From an uncultured Nitrospiraceae bacterium (GTDB taxonomy: Bacteria > Nitrospirota > Nitrospiria > Nitrospirales > Nitrospiraceae), in contig CAWJWJ010000002.1 of NCBI GenBank assembly GCA_963846575.1, positions 1,472,001-1,536,000 of the forward strand: a stretch of DNA of 64,000 nt. The letters are read 5' to 3'. A program made the position numbers and the translations under genes. Every line of letters starts with the position of its first letter. Within the stretch, counting starts at the first letter, position 1. Below, one piece after another: positions 28,377-37,867 of this stretch. The notes beneath the pieces were generated by a model that was not told the DNA's origin, searched no databases, and saw only the letters and a program-made list of their open reading frames with translations.

Positions 28377-28565
28377 ATGGCACAGTTCATGGTCCCACTC
28401 ATGCGATCCGGAGCCTTATGGTCCTGCAGTCGAACCGCCCGCCTCGATCAGCGGCGGGGATTCTGGACACGGGTGCTGCGATGGTTTTCGGGCGATCCCG
28501 AGCACCCGCCGATCTCGCTTGTTTTTCGTAGTTCCGCGCTCAGGCGGGGAACGCGACGGTACTGA
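28377..28565 (+). CDS. Small hypothetical protein (62 aa)
   Basis: GAGGAGG RBS before ATG; MAQFMVPLMRSGALW...RGFWTRVLRWF. Confidence 0.5.
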   Translation: MAQFMVPLMRSGALWSCSRTARLDQRRGFWTRVLRWFSGDPEHPPISLVFRSSALRRGTRRY

Positions 28566-28911
28566 AGAGGGCATTTTCGGCTTGCCGGGAGTCCAGCCGC
28601 GTCTGCTGGACGACGATCGGGATATTCGATTCGACGACGCAGGCGTAATCGGTATCGAGGGGGACGGGAGCCGGGTCCGCCAGATCATTGATACGCAGAT
28701 GTTTGGTCCGCCGTGCGGCAACGGTTACCCGATAGGGTCCGACAGGCTCGCGGTCAGAAAAATACACGGTGATGCGGACCTCCGCCTCCCGGTCTGCTGT
28801 ATTCAGCAGGCAGAGAGTCTCGTGGCTCAGCATTTGCGGAGACGGCCCATGGCTCCCCGCCGGGATGTATCCTTCTGCCAATGCCCATCTCGTCCGTCCG
28901 ATTGCTTCCAT
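28540..28911 (-). CDS. Anabaena sensory rhodopsin transducer (ASRT) family protein
   Basis: IGRTRW..AEGYIP, SHET.C.LN, VVQ.TRLDSRQAENAL. Confidence 0.9.
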   Translation of the reverse strand: MEAIGRTRWALAEGYIPAGSHGPSPQMLSHETLCLLNTADREAEVRITVYFSDREPVGPYRVTVAARRTKHLRINDLADPAPVPLDTDYACVVESNIPIVVQQTRLDSRQAENALFSTVAFPA

Positions 28912-28955
28912 GGCGACATGCTCCTCTTCTCTGGTTGTGATGCCCTACGCCCTGC

Positions 28956-30710
28956 TTAGACCACCTCCCTGATTTTATTTTCGACAAAGGTTTTGACGAG
29001 CGCCCAGGGATCCTCGGTCCCCCGCGCCAGCGCCCTCGCGAACTGCCAAGCCTGGTCGGTCGTGATTTTGCCGGGCAGCGGCGCTTCGAAAGGATCGATC
29101 ACGGCTTGCACCACGACCGGGCCGGGCAGCGAGAAGGCCTGTTGCAGGACTCCGCGGACCTGACGAGGATCCTCCACCGTCAATCCCGTCACGCCGCAGG
29201 CCTGCGCAACGCCGGCGAAATCGATGGGCTGCAGTTCCACTCCGTACTGAGGATTGCCTTCGAAAGCCAGCTGTTCCCATTTGATCATGCCGAGGAGGTT
29301 GTTTTTCATCACGATGATTTTAACGGGCAGGGCATATTTCACCAAGGTGGCCAGTTCTCCCATCAACATGGTGAACCCGCCGTCCCCCGCGATACAGACA
29401 ATCTGCCGGCCGGGGTACGCCACGGCGGCGCCTATACTGTAGGGCAGACCGTTGCCCATTGAAGCCAGCGTTCCGGAGGCGGAAAACTCCATCGTGCCTT
29501 TCATTCGGATATGACGAGCCGCCCAGGTGGTGAGGGTGCCGGTGTCGCAGCAGATAATGGCGTCATCGGCGAGGAATTCATTCATGGCATGTACCACGAC
29601 CTGGGGCTTGAGGGGCGAGTCCATTCTGGTGCCGCGTTCTTCCATGAGTTGGTTCCAGCGCCCCATGTTGTGCTGTGCGGATTCCAGAAAACGACGGTCG
29701 GTCTTTTTCTCCAGCAGAGGCAGCAGGGCACGGAGCACATCCCAGCATTGCCCGACGAGTCCCACTTCCACCGGGTAGCGCAATCCGATTCGAGCGGCAT
29801 CGAGATCGATCTGGACGGCCCTGGCCTGGCCCGGTTTCGGATAGAATTCCAGATAAGGAAAACTGCTGCCGGCAATGATGAGCGTGTCGCAGTCTTCCAG
29901 CACGTCCTGGGAGGGAGCGGTGCCTAACAAACCGATGCCCCCTGTGGTGAGGGGATGATCGTCGGGTACCAGGCCTTTGCCCAGTAACGGCTTGATGATG
30001 GGGGCCCCTAGGAGGTCCGCCAGCTCAATGATTTCTGATTTAGCCGCCAAACACCCGCGCCCCGCGAGGATCGCGATCTTCGATCCTGCCTGGATGACAC
30101 GCGCGGCCTTCTGAAGCAGCGTCGGGGACGGGAGGGGAAGCGGGTCGGTATAGAGGTCTCCGCTGTGCAAGGGAATATTGGCTTTGGAACGTTTGTTGTC
30201 CGCACTCCAGTCCTGGATGTCTTTGGGAATGGTCAGGTGCGCCACTGTGCGATGGGAAATCGCCGCTTTGATGGCCGCATCGACCACGTTATTCACATGC
30301 CCGGGCCCCATCACCCGCTCGGTGTAGGCGGCCACGTCGCCGAAGAGTGTATTCAAATCGACGTCCTGTTGGTAATGGGTCCCGATCAAATCGTGGAAGG
30401 TGTGCCCGGTGATCGCCAACACCGGTTGCCCGTCGCTTTTGGCATCGTATAAGCCGTTCAGGAGGTGAATACCGCCGGGCCCGGAGGTGGCCAGGCAGAC
30501 GCCCAATCGCCTGGTGAACTTGGCATAGCCGCAGGCGGCGAAGGCGGCCGATTCTTCGTGCCTTACCAGAACGAGCCTGATTTTATCCTGTCGCGTTCGC
30601 AGAGCCTCATAGATCCCGTTGATGCCGTCTCCCGGCAGACTGAACACGGTATCCACGCCCCAGTCGATCAACCGCTCAATCAAAATATCTGCGACGGTGT
30701 GCGCCATCAT
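28956..30710 (-). CDS. TPP-dependent pyruvate oxidase (PoxB family)
   Basis: LPGDGING, VRHEESAA, SGPGGIHLLNGLYDAK, GDGGF...NN. Confidence 0.88.
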   Translation of the reverse strand: MMAHTVADILIERLIDWGVDTVFSLPGDGINGIYEALRTRQDKIRLVLVRHEESAAFAACGYAKFTRRLGVCLATSGPGGIHLLNGLYDAKSDGQPVLAITGHTFHDLIGTHYQQDVDLNTLFGDVAAYTERVMGPGHVNNVVDAAIKAAISHRTVAHLTIPKDIQDWSADNKRSKANIPLHSGDLYTDPLPLPSPTLLQKAARVIQAGSKIAILAGRGCLAAKSEIIELADLLGAPIIKPLLGKGLVPDDHPLTTGGIGLLGTAPSQDVLEDCDTLIIAGSSFPYLEFYPKPGQARAVQIDLDAARIGLRYPVEVGLVGQCWDVLRALLPLLEKKTDRRFLESAQHNMGRWNQLMEERGTRMDSPLKPQVVVHAMNEFLADDAIICCDTGTLTTWAARHIRMKGTMEFSASGTLASMGNGLPYSIGAAVAYPGRQIVCIAGDGGFTMLMGELATLVKYALPVKIIVMKNNLLGMIKWEQLAFEGNPQYGVELQPIDFAGVAQACGVTGLTVEDPRQVRGVLQQAFSLPGPVVVQAVIDPFEAPLPGKITTDQAWQFARALARGTEDPWALVKTFVENKIREVV

Positions 30711-30734
30711 GCTCCTTTTGCGATCACATGGAGG

Positions 30735-31922
30735 TCAGGGTGCGGTGGTACTGCGCGTCAGCCGTGGAAGCACCAGTTCCTGGGCGAGGATTTTCAAACA
30801 GGCGGCGACGGGGATTGCGAGCAGCAGTCCGTAAAATCCGCCGATCGCGCCGCCGATGAAGATCACGATCAATACGGTCACAGCGCTCAGGTCCATGGAC
30901 TGGCTCTGGACCCAGGGCGTCAGCATCCAACTCTCGATGAATTGCACGACGAGATAGGCCAGCGAAGGCCACACCACCACCGTCATGAGATCAAAACTGC
31001 CGCTACCCGAGAGGATGTCGAGATATTTCAGGAGTATGGCCAGCGGCCACCCGAGGAGCGACGCATAGGGGATGATGGTGAGGATTCCGGTGAACAACCC
31101 CAGAATAAACCAGTAGCGTATTCCTGTGAGCGCCCATGCAAGCGAATAGAGAATGGCCGAGCCGAGGGCGATCGCGACGCGCCCGCGGAAGAAGCCGCTC
31201 ACCGCTTCGTCCATCCGTCGCGCGATACGGCGGACCTGCGGTCGATATTGGACGGGGATGTAGCGCTTGAGCTCGGTGAGTGCGCTGTCGAATTGCCATG
31301 CGAAGAAGAAAAAATAGATCGGGACCAAGGTGAATGCCAGGACCACGGCGGTCGTGGTGCCGATGACCGCGCCCAGCATACCGAACGCCTGTCCCGTCCC
31401 TGAGAAGAGCGGTCTCAGGATGGAAAGGGGATCTTCCTTGAGGGAGGTCGCAATCGTCGACAGCGGCTCGGAGAAATCACCGAGACTGATGTGATACTGC
31501 TGCGCGATGCTCTCGATGTACCGCGGCACACGCTCGGCAAGCGACTGGACCTGCTCCGCGAGGAGCGGCCCCAACCACGTCACCAGTCCGCCGAAGGTGA
31601 GGACGGAGAGGAGGAGCAGGAGGGAAATCGACAGGGGACGGGGAACGTTCCACTGCTTCTCCGCCTTGGTGATCAAAGGATTGCATAAATAGGCGAGGAG
31701 AAGTGCGGTCAGGACGGGGGTAAACACCCCGCGCAGATAGTATCCAAACCAGAGCAGGCCCAGGATGCCGGTCACCCATAACACATCCCGGACCGGCGTG
31801 ATTTCCCACAGGTGGCGGTCTTGGGCCGGTCGCGGTTCTGCCGCCGCCGTCACACGAACCGCCACATCGCGCAGCATCGGACTTTGCTCCTCCGCCAGCG
31901 CCTCTGGATATTCTGATTTCAT
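30735..31922 (-). CDS. AI-2E family transporter
   Basis: LLAYLCNP, IPY, VQFIES..LTP, GG..G.LLAIP. Confidence 0.9.
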   Translation of the reverse strand: MKSEYPEALAEEQSPMLRDVAVRVTAAAEPRPAQDRHLWEITPVRDVLWVTGILGLLWFGYYLRGVFTPVLTALLLAYLCNPLITKAEKQWNVPRPLSISLLLLLSVLTFGGLVTWLGPLLAEQVQSLAERVPRYIESIAQQYHISLGDFSEPLSTIATSLKEDPLSILRPLFSGTGQAFGMLGAVIGTTTAVVLAFTLVPIYFFFFAWQFDSALTELKRYIPVQYRPQVRRIARRMDEAVSGFFRGRVAIALGSAILYSLAWALTGIRYWFILGLFTGILTIIPYASLLGWPLAILLKYLDILSGSGSFDLMTVVVWPSLAYLVVQFIESWMLTPWVQSQSMDLSAVTVLIVIFIGGAIGGFYGLLLAIPVAACLKILAQELVLPRLTRSTTAP

Positions 31923-31944
31923 CCGCCTGTGATCCCTTTCCCGG

Positions 31945-32913
31945 TTAGGAGCCTGCGTGAAGCGGCTCAGCTCGCGTCTGTCGCGTCCGCGCACGGCGTA
32001 AGGCCGAAGCCGCATGCTCGATCAGGGCATTCATCTCTCCCCCGAGCAGGATCACGACGCCTGTCAAGTAGAGCCACAGCATAAGTACAATGACTCCTGC
32101 AATGGACCCGTACGCGGCATTATAAGTTCCAAAATGGTCCACATACACCTTGAAGCCCAGGGAGACTCCCACCCATAACGAGACCGCGAACACGGACCCG
32201 GGAGTCACCCACCGCCAATCATGCTCGATATTAGGACAAACAAAATAGATGATCGCCAATGCCAGGAGCATGAGTAGCACGGCCACCGGCCATTGCAAGA
32301 CGTTCCAGGTGATGAGAAATAACCAGCTGAGCCCCACCAGACTCGTGATCCATTCACCGATGCGGGCGCCATACAGGATCAAGGTCATGGACACGATGAT
32401 AAAGAGGGCAAGCCCGATTGTCAGGAGCGTGGCAATGACGCGAACTTTCCAGTAAGGCCTGGTCTCTTCCGCGCCGTACACGATGTTTAAGGTCTCCATA
32501 ATCGCCGTCACGCCGGTCGAGGAAGCCCACAAGGCGCCGAGTAGACCGAGCGAGAGGACGTCCCCGCCGCTGCCTTCCACCACGTTATCCAGATACCTCT
32601 GGAGGAGCGAGAGGGCGTCTGAGGGTAGGACGGTGCGAAGGTACGCGAGGAGTTCGGGCATGACCCGCTCGAGAGGGAACAGGCCGAGGACAGCAGTCAG
32701 AAACAGGAGTGCCGGAAACAACGCGAGCAGGAAATAAAAGGCCAACTGGGCGGCGCGGCCGAGAATGTCATTCTTCTGGCTGTCCTGCCAGAGACGCTGT
32801 CCTAAATCCTTCCAACCGAGGCCGCCGAGCTTCCATGGGTTGGAACGCGGAGACGGACTGGTCAATGAAGCGGGCACGAAATCCCTCTCAGGAAAGCAAG
32901 AACCGCTGCGCAT
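31945..32913 (-). CDS. YihY/BrkB family membrane protein
   Basis: AAQLAFYFLLALFP, Y...YGSIAGVIVLMLWLY. Confidence 0.92.
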   Translation of the reverse strand: MRSGSCFPERDFVPASLTSPSPRSNPWKLGGLGWKDLGQRLWQDSQKNDILGRAAQLAFYFLLALFPALLFLTAVLGLFPLERVMPELLAYLRTVLPSDALSLLQRYLDNVVEGSGGDVLSLGLLGALWASSTGVTAIMETLNIVYGAEETRPYWKVRVIATLLTIGLALFIIVSMTLILYGARIGEWITSLVGLSWLFLITWNVLQWPVAVLLMLLALAIIYFVCPNIEHDWRWVTPGSVFAVSLWVGVSLGFKVYVDHFGTYNAAYGSIAGVIVLMLWLYLTGVVILLGGEMNALIEHAASALRRARTRQTRAEPLHAGS

Positions 32914-32973
32914 CGCAGGACGGCCGGAGCCATGGGTTCCCGGCCGTCCTGGAGGCTGAGGGCCGGCATAACG

Positions 32974-33741
32974 TTAGCTTTCAGAATATTCCTGCGAGCC
33001 TGTGGCTGTGACGGGCCTCGTCGCGGATTGTGCAGGTGGATTGGATGCGCGATTGCGTAGGTTCTCTCCTTCTGGTCGTGAGGCCGAGGTAGCAGGACGC
33101 CGGGTTGTCGACCCCTGGCCGGTTTCGAACTGAGACGAGAGATTGACCCCGAAGGAACGCGCGATCTCCGGCATCATTTTGCGCGCTAATTCCAACATCA
33201 GGGAACGCCCGAACTGCATGAGTACCGCCTTCGTCTCCTCGGCCTCCTGAGTGAACTCCTGCGACATGCCGTCCCACAGATTCGATCGATGTGAGGCTGA
33301 CTGCCGCGTGCGGGGACGAGGCCCGGTCGGATAGTAGTCGTAAATGCCTTCCTTCCGCTCGGTCGTCGCACCGGGTTGTCGAGCCGATTCCGGCATGACC
33401 CGCGAGGCATGGGCGCCGGGCGGATAGTAGGGGTAGACGCCGCTACGTCGGCTTCGGGATTCCATCATGCCGATCGCGAAGCCCACGCCTATCGCCCCGC
33501 CGAGCATGAGCCAGGGGAATTCGTCAACCTTGTGAATCGGATTGAGGGCCGCTTTGGTTTTGTCGACCATCTGATTGACGCTGTGCGACGTCTCATCGAG
33601 CATCTGCGAAAATTTCATGGTCGCTCCCTCCGCCGTATCCTTAATGCGTTGTTCCAGCAGCTCGAGCTTTTCGGCTATGGCTACTCGCGTGTGGACAATG
33701 TCTTTCAAGTCCTGGTCGATAGTAGTTGTTCTTTGATCCAT
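32974..33741 (-). CDS. Hypothetical protein (DUF3618/DUF883-like)
   Basis: N-terminal coiled coil; PWLMLGGAIGVGF anchor. Confidence 0.65.
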   Translation of the reverse strand: MDQRTTTIDQDLKDIVHTRVAIAEKLELLEQRIKDTAEGATMKFSQMLDETSHSVNQMVDKTKAALNPIHKVDEFPWLMLGGAIGVGFAIGMMESRSRRSGVYPYYPPGAHASRVMPESARQPGATTERKEGIYDYYPTGPRPRTRQSASHRSNLWDGMSQEFTQEAEETKAVLMQFGRSLMLELARKMMPEIARSFGVNLSSQFETGQGSTTRRPATSASRPEGENLRNRASNPPAQSATRPVTATGSQEYSES

Positions 33742-34112
33742 CGTGCATCTTCCTTTATAGAGTGGACGGTACGGAAGGGCCAGAGGCGCAGGCTCGAGCC
33801 CACCCTTGCCAGGTTATACACAACAAGGCCGCTGAGTGCGGCGGCCATCAATGCCACCAACCCGTAACAACCCCAGAGGGGAAGGCCGGTATAGGTATGG
33901 AGGAGGTGAACCATCATGACGAGAAGAAAGGTGACCGTGACCAGGCCAAGCACCAGACCGACCGCGGCATACAACAGGCCCGAGACGACCTTGCGCAGCT
34001 CCAGCTGCATCTCATGCTGAGCCAGTCGAATTTCCTGGTTGAACAGTTGGCGAAGGTCGGCGACGAGGCCGCTCGCCAGCGCCGCAATGGAAATCGGATG
34101 AGGGTTCTCCAT
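33705..34112 (-). CDS. YqjE / holin superfamily III-like membrane protein
   Basis: L..DL..LF.QEI.LA..E, two TMs, P.RTV.SIKED..WIK. Confidence 0.85.
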   Translation of the reverse strand: MENPHPISIAALASGLVADLRQLFNQEIRLAQHEMQLELRKVVSGLLYAAVGLVLGLVTVTFLLVMMVHLLHTYTGLPLWGCYGLVALMAAALSGLVVYNLARVGSSLRLWPFRTVHSIKEDARWIKEQLLSTRT

Positions 34113-34133
34113 AGGGATTCCTTTCCGCTAGGT

Positions 34134-34463
34134 TCAGTCGGTGCGCAGTCGTGAGAGTAAATATCCGCAGCCCACACCTACCATGAGGGCCTGCAGGGGA
34201 TACCGTCTGATCAGCAGTTCGAGATCCTCCACGATGCCGGACATGCCTTCTTGCTGTAAATAATCGGCGGTGCGCCGAACCCCCTGCGATACCGCCTCCG
34301 CCGCTTCGCCGAACGTGCCGCTGCCAGAGAACTGCTCGCTTGCGGAATCAAGCACCTCTTCGGCCCGCCCGGTGAGTTTCTGAGCCGAATGGGCCGTATC
34401 ACTCGCGACGTTCTTGATGGCCGATCCGATGGCTTCTTCCAAGCTTAACTTTTCGCGTTCCAT
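34134..34463 (-). CDS. ElaB/YqjD-like tail-anchored protein
   Basis: IRRYPLQALMVGVGCGYLL C-terminal anchor; GGAGG RBS. Confidence 0.7.
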   Translation of the reverse strand: MEREKLSLEEAIGSAIKNVASDTAHSAQKLTGRAEEVLDSASEQFSGSGTFGEAAEAVSQGVRRTADYLQQEGMSGIVEDLELLIRRYPLQALMVGVGCGYLLSRLRTD

Positions 34464-34599
34464 AATCCGGTTCCTCCATGAAAACAACGATCGGTGCTTC
34501 TCAAGGCACGCTCGCCTGAGGTGATAATTCACTCCGTGGTATTCACTTCGTGATGATGCACTTCTTCAAGTCAGACTAGCGCGCCGGAGCAGACCGATG

Positions 34600-34619
34600 A
34601 ACTGGGCAAAGCCCTAGAC
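34600..34619 (-). promoter_or_regulatory. Palindromic box AACTGGG-CAAAGC-CCTAGAC with -10 TAGTCT (34573-34578)
   Basis: 21-nt spacing; heads the 34463-28540 minus-strand gene run. Confidence 0.7.
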
Positions 34620-34658
34620 GTCGAGATAGGGCGGACCGGCCGGTGTTCGCGACGGAGC

Positions 34659-35114
34659 TCATGTGGCCGAGGCCTGTGGACTCGATGATGCCTGCTGCCC
34701 TGGGGGGCCCGCGTCGACGAAAGGAAACATGTCGCGTTCCTCCGCCACGAAATGCAGGCGGACGGTTTGCATCATGTCTTCGAAAAACTCATCCAGGGCT
34801 TGATCGTCGTCGGTTTCCGACTGTTCCACCTCGCTCATCATCGCCTTGATTTCTTCATGCTCCAGCAAGGCCTCCTCCACAAGTCGACGGCCCTGTTCGC
34901 TCCCATTCCCGATGTCCGCATACAGCAGTTCCTCTTCCTTTTGAAGATGTAACGCCAGAGCATGGAAAATTTGATTCACGATGGCGTGACGGGAATCGGC
35001 GGCGGCGTTCAAATAGAGCTGGTATAAGGCCATGATGTGGCGATGTTCCTCTCGCACCGTTTTCCAGATATCGCGGGTCTCAAGAGAACTGCCGGTGTCT
35101 CGTTCAGAATTCAT
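34659..35114 (-). CDS. Hemerythrin (HHE) domain protein
   Basis: EEH, HLQKEE.LLY, EHEE, HFVAEE.DMFP. Confidence 0.85.
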   Translation of the reverse strand: MNSERDTGSSLETRDIWKTVREEHRHIMALYQLYLNAAADSRHAIVNQIFHALALHLQKEEELLYADIGNGSEQGRRLVEEALLEHEEIKAMMSEVEQSETDDDQALDEFFEDMMQTVRLHFVAEERDMFPFVDAGPPGQQASSSPQASAT

Positions 35115-35194
35115 AATCTGCCTCCCTCGAGGGTCGATGGTGGCCCGTCTTTGCTGATTGTGTAGAAACACTAGCAGCCATTCTGAATCGTGCG

Positions 35195-35214
35195 AACTGG
35201 GCAAGACCCTAAAT
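35195..35214 (-). promoter_or_regulatory. Palindromic box AACTGGG-CAAGAC-CCTAAAT with -10 TAGTGT (35168-35173)
   Basis: 21-nt spacing; upstream of the hemerythrin gene. Confidence 0.7.
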
Positions 35215-35242
35215 TATACTGGCGGCAGCAGGGGAGAGCGGC

Positions 35243-35395
35243 CTAGATGCGATCCGTCATGGTGAGAAGCAGGATCACCAATAAGACGGCTCCCATCAGG
35301 CTGCTGGGATAGAATCCCCAATGACGGCTATAGGACCAGGCGGGAAGGGCACCGATGACCAGCAGACTCACGAGGATCGGGAGGAGGTTGTTCAT
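35243..35395 (-). CDS. DUF3309 family small membrane protein (50 aa; absent from the ORF track)
   Basis: MNNLLPILVSLLVIGALPAWSYSRHWGFYPSSLMGAVLLVILLLTMTDRI; GGAGG RBS. Confidence 0.85.
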   Translation of the reverse strand: MNNLLPILVSLLVIGALPAWSYSRHWGFYPSSLMGAVLLVILLLTMTDRI

Positions 35396-35470
35396 CTGGG
35401 TCCCTCCATAGGGGAAGTCGAGAGGGGGAGTCGAGACATGCCGTTGACGGCACGCCTCGACTGGGCCCGC

Positions 35471-36946
35471 TTATCGGACGTCCTGCTTCAACAATGCCCG
35501 GGAATTCGTGTCCTCCACTGCAATCCGACCGTTCGCGCTCGCAGTGCCTTGAAGCAGAATGGTGGCCACTAAGGCCTGGGGAGTGGAGAGTGCCTGGTCC
35601 GGCTGTTCGCTGGTCACTAGAATGTCCATGGTGATGTTCCCGGAGGTATGGTTGCCGGTCATGGCTTGTTTCATGCGCTCGAGCTGTAAGGAAAAGTCAG
35701 AGACGGCCGCCTTCCGAAGTCGCTCCTGTAACTCCCGGTCTACGGTTTTCCAATATCCCATGCGAATGGAGTCAATGGCGGTTTTCGACTCGTTCGCCAT
35801 CTGGAGATCGGGAACCGTCAGAGCCTTACCCCCGTCCTCCAGGTGAGGGGTACCCCAATAGTAAATCTTTCCGCGGAGATCACCGCTTGTTTCGACCGTG
35901 AGGAGCACGCGACCGTTCGCATCTGAGGCCGTGACCTGTTCAATGACTGCTGTTTCCGAGCCTGCGGGATCCAAAGCAAGCGACTGATGAAATAACTTGC
36001 TCTGCAACTGGTGGCTGAGATTGGCGTAGGTGACCGGGATACGTGCCAGCACTTTAAACGGCTTGGCCTCCCCCGAAATGGTGCCCGCATTGATGAGCGC
36101 CGTGGTCGGAGACGCGTCATGGCAGGTCGGCTCAAAGGTAACAGTCGGCATTTGCCTGGCCACCGCGCTGATAATCGTATTCTGCGTGGTCCCTTTTTGC
36201 GGACCCAAGGTCAGTTCCCTCGGGTTTCCATATAAACATGTCCGTGTATTGAGGGAGGCCACGGGGACGGAGACGGGCCCCTCCAGATCATCCCAAAGGC
36301 GCTGGAATTGTAAGCCGAATGTGTCCGGCCGGACAGCGGACGCCAGCGCGGCTTTTGCTTCGGATAGAGAGAATAACTCGGCAAGTTGATCCTTGACGGG
36401 GACGTTGAACATGTTGCAACGCGAGTCGCTTTCAGGCTTGAGCCCCGTGTTGACCCCAGAGGGCTCGAAACTGAAGGCGACCGAGTCATGATTCTGTAGT
36501 AGCACCAGTTTCCCCGTTGCATCCAGGGTCGTATAGACGGGATCGAGCCGGCAAGCGCTGGATCCGCCCCTGGCTTCGATCTGACCCTGATATTCGGCAT
36601 GGATGGCCACGAGACCGTCCTGAATCCGCACTTCGGGCTGGCCGCTACGGACAAACGTCCATCGAAAATCCTGCGCCAGAGGATGTCCTGCCTCGGTAAA
36701 CCGCTCAGGTATGGCGTCGCGGATGGCCGTTTGCACCGGCGTGAGGTCTGTTTTAATCTGCAGCGGCACCTGAGAGACCGGCGCTTTGGGCTGTTCTTTT
36801 TTCATGTCCTCAAACGAGGGGACGCGGCTGGTAATCGGTGGTGGTACCGGCTTCGTCGAAGCCTGTGGAATCGTATGGCTGCAGGCCCCGACAGCCATCA
36901 GGACGGACAGCAATGCCGGAACGGTAGCGCGTGAACGGTATTTCAT
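35471..36946 (-). CDS. DUF4403-like lipoprotein
   Basis: VGAC lipobox; beta-rich; G.IY.WGTP motif. Confidence 0.7.
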   Translation of the reverse strand: MKYRSRATVPALLSVLMAVGACSHTIPQASTKPVPPPITSRVPSFEDMKKEQPKAPVSQVPLQIKTDLTPVQTAIRDAIPERFTEAGHPLAQDFRWTFVRSGQPEVRIQDGLVAIHAEYQGQIEARGGSSACRLDPVYTTLDATGKLVLLQNHDSVAFSFEPSGVNTGLKPESDSRCNMFNVPVKDQLAELFSLSEAKAALASAVRPDTFGLQFQRLWDDLEGPVSVPVASLNTRTCLYGNPRELTLGPQKGTTQNTIISAVARQMPTVTFEPTCHDASPTTALINAGTISGEAKPFKVLARIPVTYANLSHQLQSKLFHQSLALDPAGSETAVIEQVTASDANGRVLLTVETSGDLRGKIYYWGTPHLEDGGKALTVPDLQMANESKTAIDSIRMGYWKTVDRELQERLRKAAVSDFSLQLERMKQAMTGNHTSGNITMDILVTSEQPDQALSTPQALVATILLQGTASANGRIAVEDTNSRALLKQDVR

Positions 36947-37069
36947 CGAAGCCTCCCTGACATCATCGACCGCAGCTCGACCCCCTGCGGCGCACGTGAC
37001 GTCACGACCAGGGTCCGTACCGGCCGATCCGCCGCGACGAAACGCGACGGATCGGTTGGCGCCGAGCGA

Positions 37070-37375
37070 CTAGGGTTGAATTTGTAAATTATTATTGACG
37101 GTTCTGACGCCCTTCACCTCACGAGCCAGATCCGCAACCCGGATTTTTTGGTCCGCTGATTTAACGACCCCGTTCAACGTCACCACGCCGCGCTCCGTAT
37201 CCACGTCGATCCGCGAAAAGTTGGACAGGCGATCGGAGGAGAGTTTGGACTGTACGGAGGCCGTGATCGTGGCATCATCGATCGTCTGTCCGGCCGTCTT
37301 CCCGGTGGTAGACTGGCACCCGAAGATGGACAGAGAGGCAATGGCAAGCACGATGCAGGCAAAACGACTCATCAT
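37070..37375 (-). CDS. BON domain lipoprotein
   Basis: IFGC; IDDATITASV..KL, IDVDT..GVVTL.G.V, V.GV..V.NNL. Confidence 0.92.
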   Translation of the reverse strand: MMSRFACIVLAIASLSIFGCQSTTGKTAGQTIDDATITASVQSKLSSDRLSNFSRIDVDTERGVVTLNGVVKSADQKIRVADLAREVKGVRTVNNNLQIQP

Positions 37376-37432
37376 GATAATTCTCCTGGTCTATGTGTGG
37401 TTGAACTCAATGGCAACTTCGTCAGACCAGCG

Positions 37433-37753
37433 TTATCGGGATGTGGCTTCCGAAGCGACCTTCTCCGCAGTCTCCGCGCCTTTGTCGACAAATTCGCGGG
37501 CGCTCCGCCCGGCATTCCGGATGGCCTGCTTGCCGCCTTCCACATATTCCTGGCCACGTTCCACGACATTGTCCCATGCAGCCCGGCCCTGTTCGGCCGC
37601 ATCGTCGAGTTCGTCTTTGGCACGGGAGGCATAATCCCTCAGCGAGGACCGAAGCTCAGATCCTGATTGTGGCGCCAACAACAATGCGATGCCGGCGCCG
37701 ATAAACGCACCAGCCATAAAGGCCGACCAGTTGGATGATTCTTCTGTATACAT
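37433..37753 (-). CDS. YtxH domain protein
   Basis: FMAGAFIGAGIALLLAPQSGSELR. Confidence 0.92.
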   Translation of the reverse strand: MYTEESSNWSAFMAGAFIGAGIALLLAPQSGSELRSSLRDYASRAKDELDDAAEQGRAAWDNVVERGQEYVEGGKQAIRNAGRSAREFVDKGAETAEKVASEATSR

Positions 37754-37867
37754 TGCTCAACCTCCTTCGTTCTACGTATCGAAACCGTTGATAGATGTAA
37801 TTGACGATGCACTGTCGTCCCTGTCCGCTGTGCTGTTTCTCAGTCTAACAAGCCGACGGAAATCGCT

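Noticed and set aside
33705..34112. Prophage suggested by a holin-family protein
   Set aside because: YqjE-like stress protein; no endolysin or phage genes
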